DNA of 29,702 nucleotides from Archangiaceae bacterium (GTDB lineage Bacteria; Myxococcota; Myxococcia; Myxococcales; Myxococcaceae): NCBI GenBank assembly GCA_043750125.1, contig JAYVCD010000453.1, positions 1 to 29,702 of the forward strand, read 5' to 3'. Shown piece by piece: positions 25,933 to 29,702 of this stretch (position 1 is its first letter; each line of letters starts with the position of its first letter). The notes under the pieces were generated by a model. It saw only the letters and a program-made list of their open reading frames with translations, ran no database searches and was not told where the DNA came from. The position numbers and the translations under genes were made by a program.

Positions 25933-28005
25933 ATGCGTCCGATCCGCCTCGCTCTGTGTCTGTCCGCCCTCGCATTCGCCACCGCCTGCCCCCCCAAAAG
26001 CGTCGACGCCAAAGGTGAACGGCCGCGCGTCGAGGTCAAGGTCGATGCCCAGGCCGACCAGGCGCTCGCCGACGCGGTGAAGCTCAACGCGGGCAAGCCG
26101 CGCAAAGTGACGATCGAAGCGCTGCTCGCAGTCCGGAAGACCTACCCCGAGACGACCGCCGGGCAAGACGCGCTCTACCAGGCGGGGGTGCTGTGGTTCG
26201 AAGAGGGGGACTACGTCAACGCCCGCAAGGCGCTCAACGAGCTGCTGTTCGAGAACCCGCTGCACCCCAACGCCAACGACGCGCGGCTGAAGTCCGGCCT
26301 CGCCGCGCTCGAGCTCAAGGCCTACCGCGATGCGTATCAAACGCTCTCTTCGCTGGTCGACAAGCTCGAAGGGCCCGACAAGCAGCGCGCCCAGGAAGCG
26401 CTCGCCAAGGCGGCCGCGGGCAGCCAGTCGTACAGCGACGCTCTGAAGACCGCGGTGAAGGCAATCGATTCTGCCGCGACCGACGACGAGCGGGCGAGGG
26501 CGCTGAAGGGCCTGGAAGACGTGGTCGAAAATCGCGCCACGTTCCTCTCGATCGCCGAGGTGTGGAACGACCTTCCCCACAACCACCCCGCGTGGCCGCT
26601 GCTCACCTTCAAGCTGGGAAAAATCTACTACCACCTGCGCGACTGGCCCCGGCTGGACGAGACGCTCAAAGCTCTGCTCCGAGACGCGCCTTCGAGCCCA
26701 TATGCACCCGAGGCGCAGGCGCTGCTCGCGCGGATCGCTCGCCGCTCGGAAGTGAAGCCCAAAGTGGTCGGCGTCGTGGTGCCGCTGTCCGGCAAATACA
26801 AAGGCCTGGGCGACGCGGTGATGCGGGGCGTCAACCTTGCGCTCAAGGGCAGCGACATCGAAGTGGTGGTCAAGGACAGCCAGGGCGATGTGAACCTCGC
26901 CGGAAAGATGGTCGAAGAGCTCGCCTTCGACGAAGGAGCGATCGCGATCATCGGGCCCCTGCTCGCCGACGACAGTCGCCGGGCCGCGCTGGTCGCCGAA
27001 GAGCTGCAGATTCCAATCGTGACCCTCACGAGGCTCGAGGGGATTACCCAGATTGGCCCCTACGTCTTTCGCAACATGGTCACCAACGCCCAACAGGCCG
27101 AGGCGCTGGCCGACTACGCGATGGGCACGCTGGGCTACAAGACCTTCGCCGTCCTCTACCCGAACATTCCTTTCGGGGTCGAGCTGTCGGATGAGTTCTG
27201 GAGCGCGGTCGAGAAGCGCGGCGGCACCATTCGCGGAGCCGAGAGCTACGACCACGACGCGACCACCTTCACCCCCGAGGCGCGCAGCCTCGTCGGTCGG
27301 CTGCACATGGAAGATCGCGTCGAGTACGTCGACGGGTTGCGGGAAATCCGCTCAGAAAAGTACGACGACTTTCACAAGCGCAAGGCGATCGAGAAGCTGA
27401 AGAAAGATCTCGAGCCGGTGATCGACTTCGAGGCGCTGCTGTTGCCCGACTCGTGGCAGCGGGTGTCGCTGGTGGCGCCGGCGTTGGCGGTCGAGGACAT
27501 CGTCACCAACGCCTGCGACAAGAAGGACCTCGAGAAGATCCAGAAGGCGACCGGGAGGCCGAAGCTGAAGACCGTCACCCTGCTCGGGCCGTCGACCTGG
27601 TCGTCTCCGAAGAATCACCAGACCCAGGAATTCGAGCTGATCGAACGGGGGGGGAAGTTCGTGATGTGCAGCGTGTACGTCGACGGCTTCTACGAGAACA
27701 GCCGGCGCGCCGCGACGAAGACGTTCGTCGACAGCTTCCACGACGCCTACAAGGACTTTTCCCCGACGCTGCTCGACGCGATCGGCTTCGACACCGCGCA
27801 GATCTTGAAGAACGTGATCGACAAGGGTTCCCCGAAGACCCGCGCCGAGCTGCGCGATCGGCTCGCGTCGATGAAGGCGTGGGAAGGCGCGACCGGCACC
27901 ACCCGCTTCGATGACGAGCGCCAGGCGCAAAAGCCGCTCTTCCTGCTGTCGATCGAGCCCAAAGGCATCAAAGAGCTGTCTTCGTCTCACAAGCCGGAAG
28001 GGTGA
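25933..28005 (+). CDS. LpoA-like lipoprotein (TPR/BamD-like N-domain plus periplasmic-binding-protein fold), putative PBP activator
   Basis: AAGGAG upstream and lipobox FATAC. TPR-like helices, VGVVVPLSG, IIGPLL, GFDTA and GATGTTRFD. Confidence 0.82.
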   Translation: MRPIRLALCLSALAFATACPPKSVDAKGERPRVEVKVDAQADQALADAVKLNAGKPRKVTIEALLAVRKTYPETTAGQDALYQAGVLWFEEGDYVNARKALNELLFENPLHPNANDARLKSGLAALELKAYRDAYQTLSSLVDKLEGPDKQRAQEALAKAAAGSQSYSDALKTAVKAIDSAATDDERARALKGLEDVVENRATFLSIAEVWNDLPHNHPAWPLLTFKLGKIYYHLRDWPRLDETLKALLRDAPSSPYAPEAQALLARIARRSEVKPKVVGVVVPLSGKYKGLGDAVMRGVNLALKGSDIEVVVKDSQGDVNLAGKMVEELAFDEGAIAIIGPLLADDSRRAALVAEELQIPIVTLTRLEGITQIGPYVFRNMVTNAQQAEALADYAMGTLGYKTFAVLYPNIPFGVELSDEFWSAVEKRGGTIRGAESYDHDATTFTPEARSLVGRLHMEDRVEYVDGLREIRSEKYDDFHKRKAIEKLKKDLEPVIDFEALLLPDSWQRVSLVAPALAVEDIVTNACDKKDLEKIQKATGRPKLKTVTLLGPSTWSSPKNHQTQEFELIERGGKFVMCSVYVDGFYENSRRAATKTFVDSFHDAYKDFSPTLLDAIGFDTAQILKNVIDKGSPKTRAELRDRLASMKAWEGATGTTRFDDERQAQKPLFLLSIEPKGIKELSSSHKPEG

Positions 28006-28006
28006 A

Positions 28007-29596
28007 GTGAAGGGCGGTCTGCTGCTCGCGCTGCTGAGCTTCGGTGGCTGCAAGAGCGTCCCTGCGCTTCCCGATTCGACCCTCGCGGCGCTGACGGCCG
28101 GGGGCAGCTTTCTGCAGGGCCCGGTGAGCGGACTGCACCCGGCCCGCGTGCTCAACGACGTGGACTTCGTCTACGACGCCCAGTTCTCACCCGACGCCCG
28201 GCAGGTCGCGCTCTCGCGTCTGGGAATGAAGAGCTTCGACGTCTTGCTCTGGGGACTGCAGCCGACGCCGAAAAAACTGTGGGAGACCCCCGTCAACCTC
28301 CACGCCTTCGACGTAGAGAATGTCGCGTTCTCGCCCGATGGCCAGTGGATTGCCGCGGTCAGTCGCGATGGCAGCGTGCGGCTGTTTGCCGCGAACACCG
28401 GAGCCCCCGCCGGCGCCTGGCTGACCGAAGAGCCCCTGGTGACCGTCGCCTTTCACCCCGGCGGCCGCTACCTCGTCGTCGGCAGTGAGGGAGGACTGCT
28501 CACCGCCCTCGCGCTCGACCCCCGGCCGCCGCGCATGGGGTTGCGCTTTTCCACCGAGCTCAAAGTGCACGCGGCTCAGGTGCGGGGCCTGGCCTTTGCG
28601 CCCGACGGGCGACTGTTCAGCGCCAGTTGGGACAAGAGCGTGGCCGTGCTCTCGACCGGGGAAAAATTGTCATCGGCCCATGCGGCCGCAGTGCACTTCG
28701 AGCGGAAGTCAGGCTTCGCTGCGCTGCGGGGAACGCTCAACGACGCCGCCTCGGTGCTGTTTGCCCTCGACGTGCGAATGCCCCAGGTCCTCGTCATGCG
28801 CAGCAGCCTCGCTCAGGCGGTGGGCCTCGAGCCGTCGCGGCTGACCGACACGATGGAAGTGAAGTCCAGCTTCGGCACTCAGATCGCCCGCGTCGCGCAC
28901 GGGGTGCGGTTGTCGTTCAAGGGCCTGAAGCTCAGTGGGCTCGACGCGGTGATTTGCGACGCCTGCATTCCTGCCGAGGCCCAGGCGGTGCTGGGGCAGG
29001 GCTTCAACGACACCGTCGAGCTCGCGTTCGACGACACTCTGGGTCAGGCGCTGCTGAAGCGAAGAGTCGGGGTCGAGGGGCCGGGCGAGCCACTGTTGAT
29101 GATGAATGAAACCCGGCGCTTCACCTTTCCGGCCTTCCTCAACGATCTCTCGATCGACCATGCCGGAAAAGTGCTGGGCCTGGCCTTCAGCGAGACCCGC
29201 GCCGAGCGCACCCGCGAGGTGTACCAGCGCGAGAAGCACAACGAAGTCGAGCCCGAGCGTCCCTGGGACATCGGGGCCCGCGTCGATGCCCAGACCGGCG
29301 CGGTGCTGCAGACGTACCGCGGCCACCACGGGGTCGTCGCCACCGCGGCGATCAGCCCCGACGGGTTGACGCTTGCCACCGGCGGCTGGGACAAGACCGT
29401 GCAGCTTCAGGCGGGACCTGCGCTTCTGACCGAGCCGTTTGGTTGGGCCGTGCGCCGGGTGCGATTTTCTCCCGATGGGCGCTGGCTCGCCGTCGCCGCG
29501 TGGACCCCTCAAAATCCGCTCGGCAACTTCAAGTCAGATCGCTCGGCGGTCGTCTGGGAGCTGGCGTACGCGCAGGTCCAAGTGCTCCCCCGCTAG
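28007..29596 (+). CDS. WD40-repeat lipoprotein with an inserted retropepsin-like domain
   Basis: GTG start 1 nt after the upstream stop, lipobox FGGC. WD40 repeats (VAFSPDG...SRDGSVRL, LAFAPDG..FSASWDKSV, GHHGVV...ISPDG.TLATGGWDKTV). Confidence 0.82.
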   Translation: MKGGLLLALLSFGGCKSVPALPDSTLAALTAGGSFLQGPVSGLHPARVLNDVDFVYDAQFSPDARQVALSRLGMKSFDVLLWGLQPTPKKLWETPVNLHAFDVENVAFSPDGQWIAAVSRDGSVRLFAANTGAPAGAWLTEEPLVTVAFHPGGRYLVVGSEGGLLTALALDPRPPRMGLRFSTELKVHAAQVRGLAFAPDGRLFSASWDKSVAVLSTGEKLSSAHAAAVHFERKSGFAALRGTLNDAASVLFALDVRMPQVLVMRSSLAQAVGLEPSRLTDTMEVKSSFGTQIARVAHGVRLSFKGLKLSGLDAVICDACIPAEAQAVLGQGFNDTVELAFDDTLGQALLKRRVGVEGPGEPLLMMNETRRFTFPAFLNDLSIDHAGKVLGLAFSETRAERTREVYQREKHNEVEPERPWDIGARVDAQTGAVLQTYRGHHGVVATAAISPDGLTLATGGWDKTVQLQAGPALLTEPFGWAVRRVRFSPDGRWLAVAAWTPQNPLGNFKSDRSAVVWELAYAQVQVLPR

Positions 29597-29702
29597 TTCC
29601 TTTCTAGAGCGTCGAACAGGTTTGGTCACGCTGCGGCGCGCCCCTCGCCGCGCTGAAACCGCGCGAGGGTTTCGAGGTTTTGGACAGCGGACAGCCGCCT
29701 GA

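Noticed and set aside
29597-29702. Short hairpins and an ORF fragment at the right edge
   Set aside because: The stems are short and imperfect and the region is cut by the window edge, so no call can be supported.

Overview
High-GC bacterial chromosomal window, probably from a myxobacterium (Myxococcota). This is inferred from the Cys/Gly/DAG-rich lipoproteins and the ECF sigma/zf-HC2 anti-sigma/caspase-like unit. The left part (about 1-17 kb) is accessory. It holds a BNR/YCF48-like propeller C-terminus, a CAP-domain lipoprotein, a DUF2293-like protein, a secreted lipoprotein, an S9 peptidase-SDR-small ORF-metallophosphoesterase-Zn-finger operon, and at least seven genes broken by frameshifts, deletions or truncation. 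The right part (17-29.7 kb) is intact: DUF819-like, argC-argB, DUF3309-like, cardiolipin synthase, a Cys-rich lipoprotein, an MsbA-like ABC exporter, dnaJ, an LpoA-like lipoprotein and a WD40 lipoprotein. Three observations stand out. (1) A non-coding element of about 435 nt (2286-2719) folds on the + strand into an ~85-bp stem topped by nested hairpins, with strongly strand-biased G-U wobbles; it is a candidate undescribed large structured RNA. (2) A bacterial protein (16318-17109) matches the motifs of the eukaryotic actin maturation protease ACTMAP/C19orf54. (3) A nearby unannotated protein (14415-15617) has a caspase/clan-CD-type His-Cys dyad and shares a CGAYAAT-N6-ATG upstream motif with the ACTMAP-like gene. 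All family assignments come from motif recognition by eye; no searches were run.
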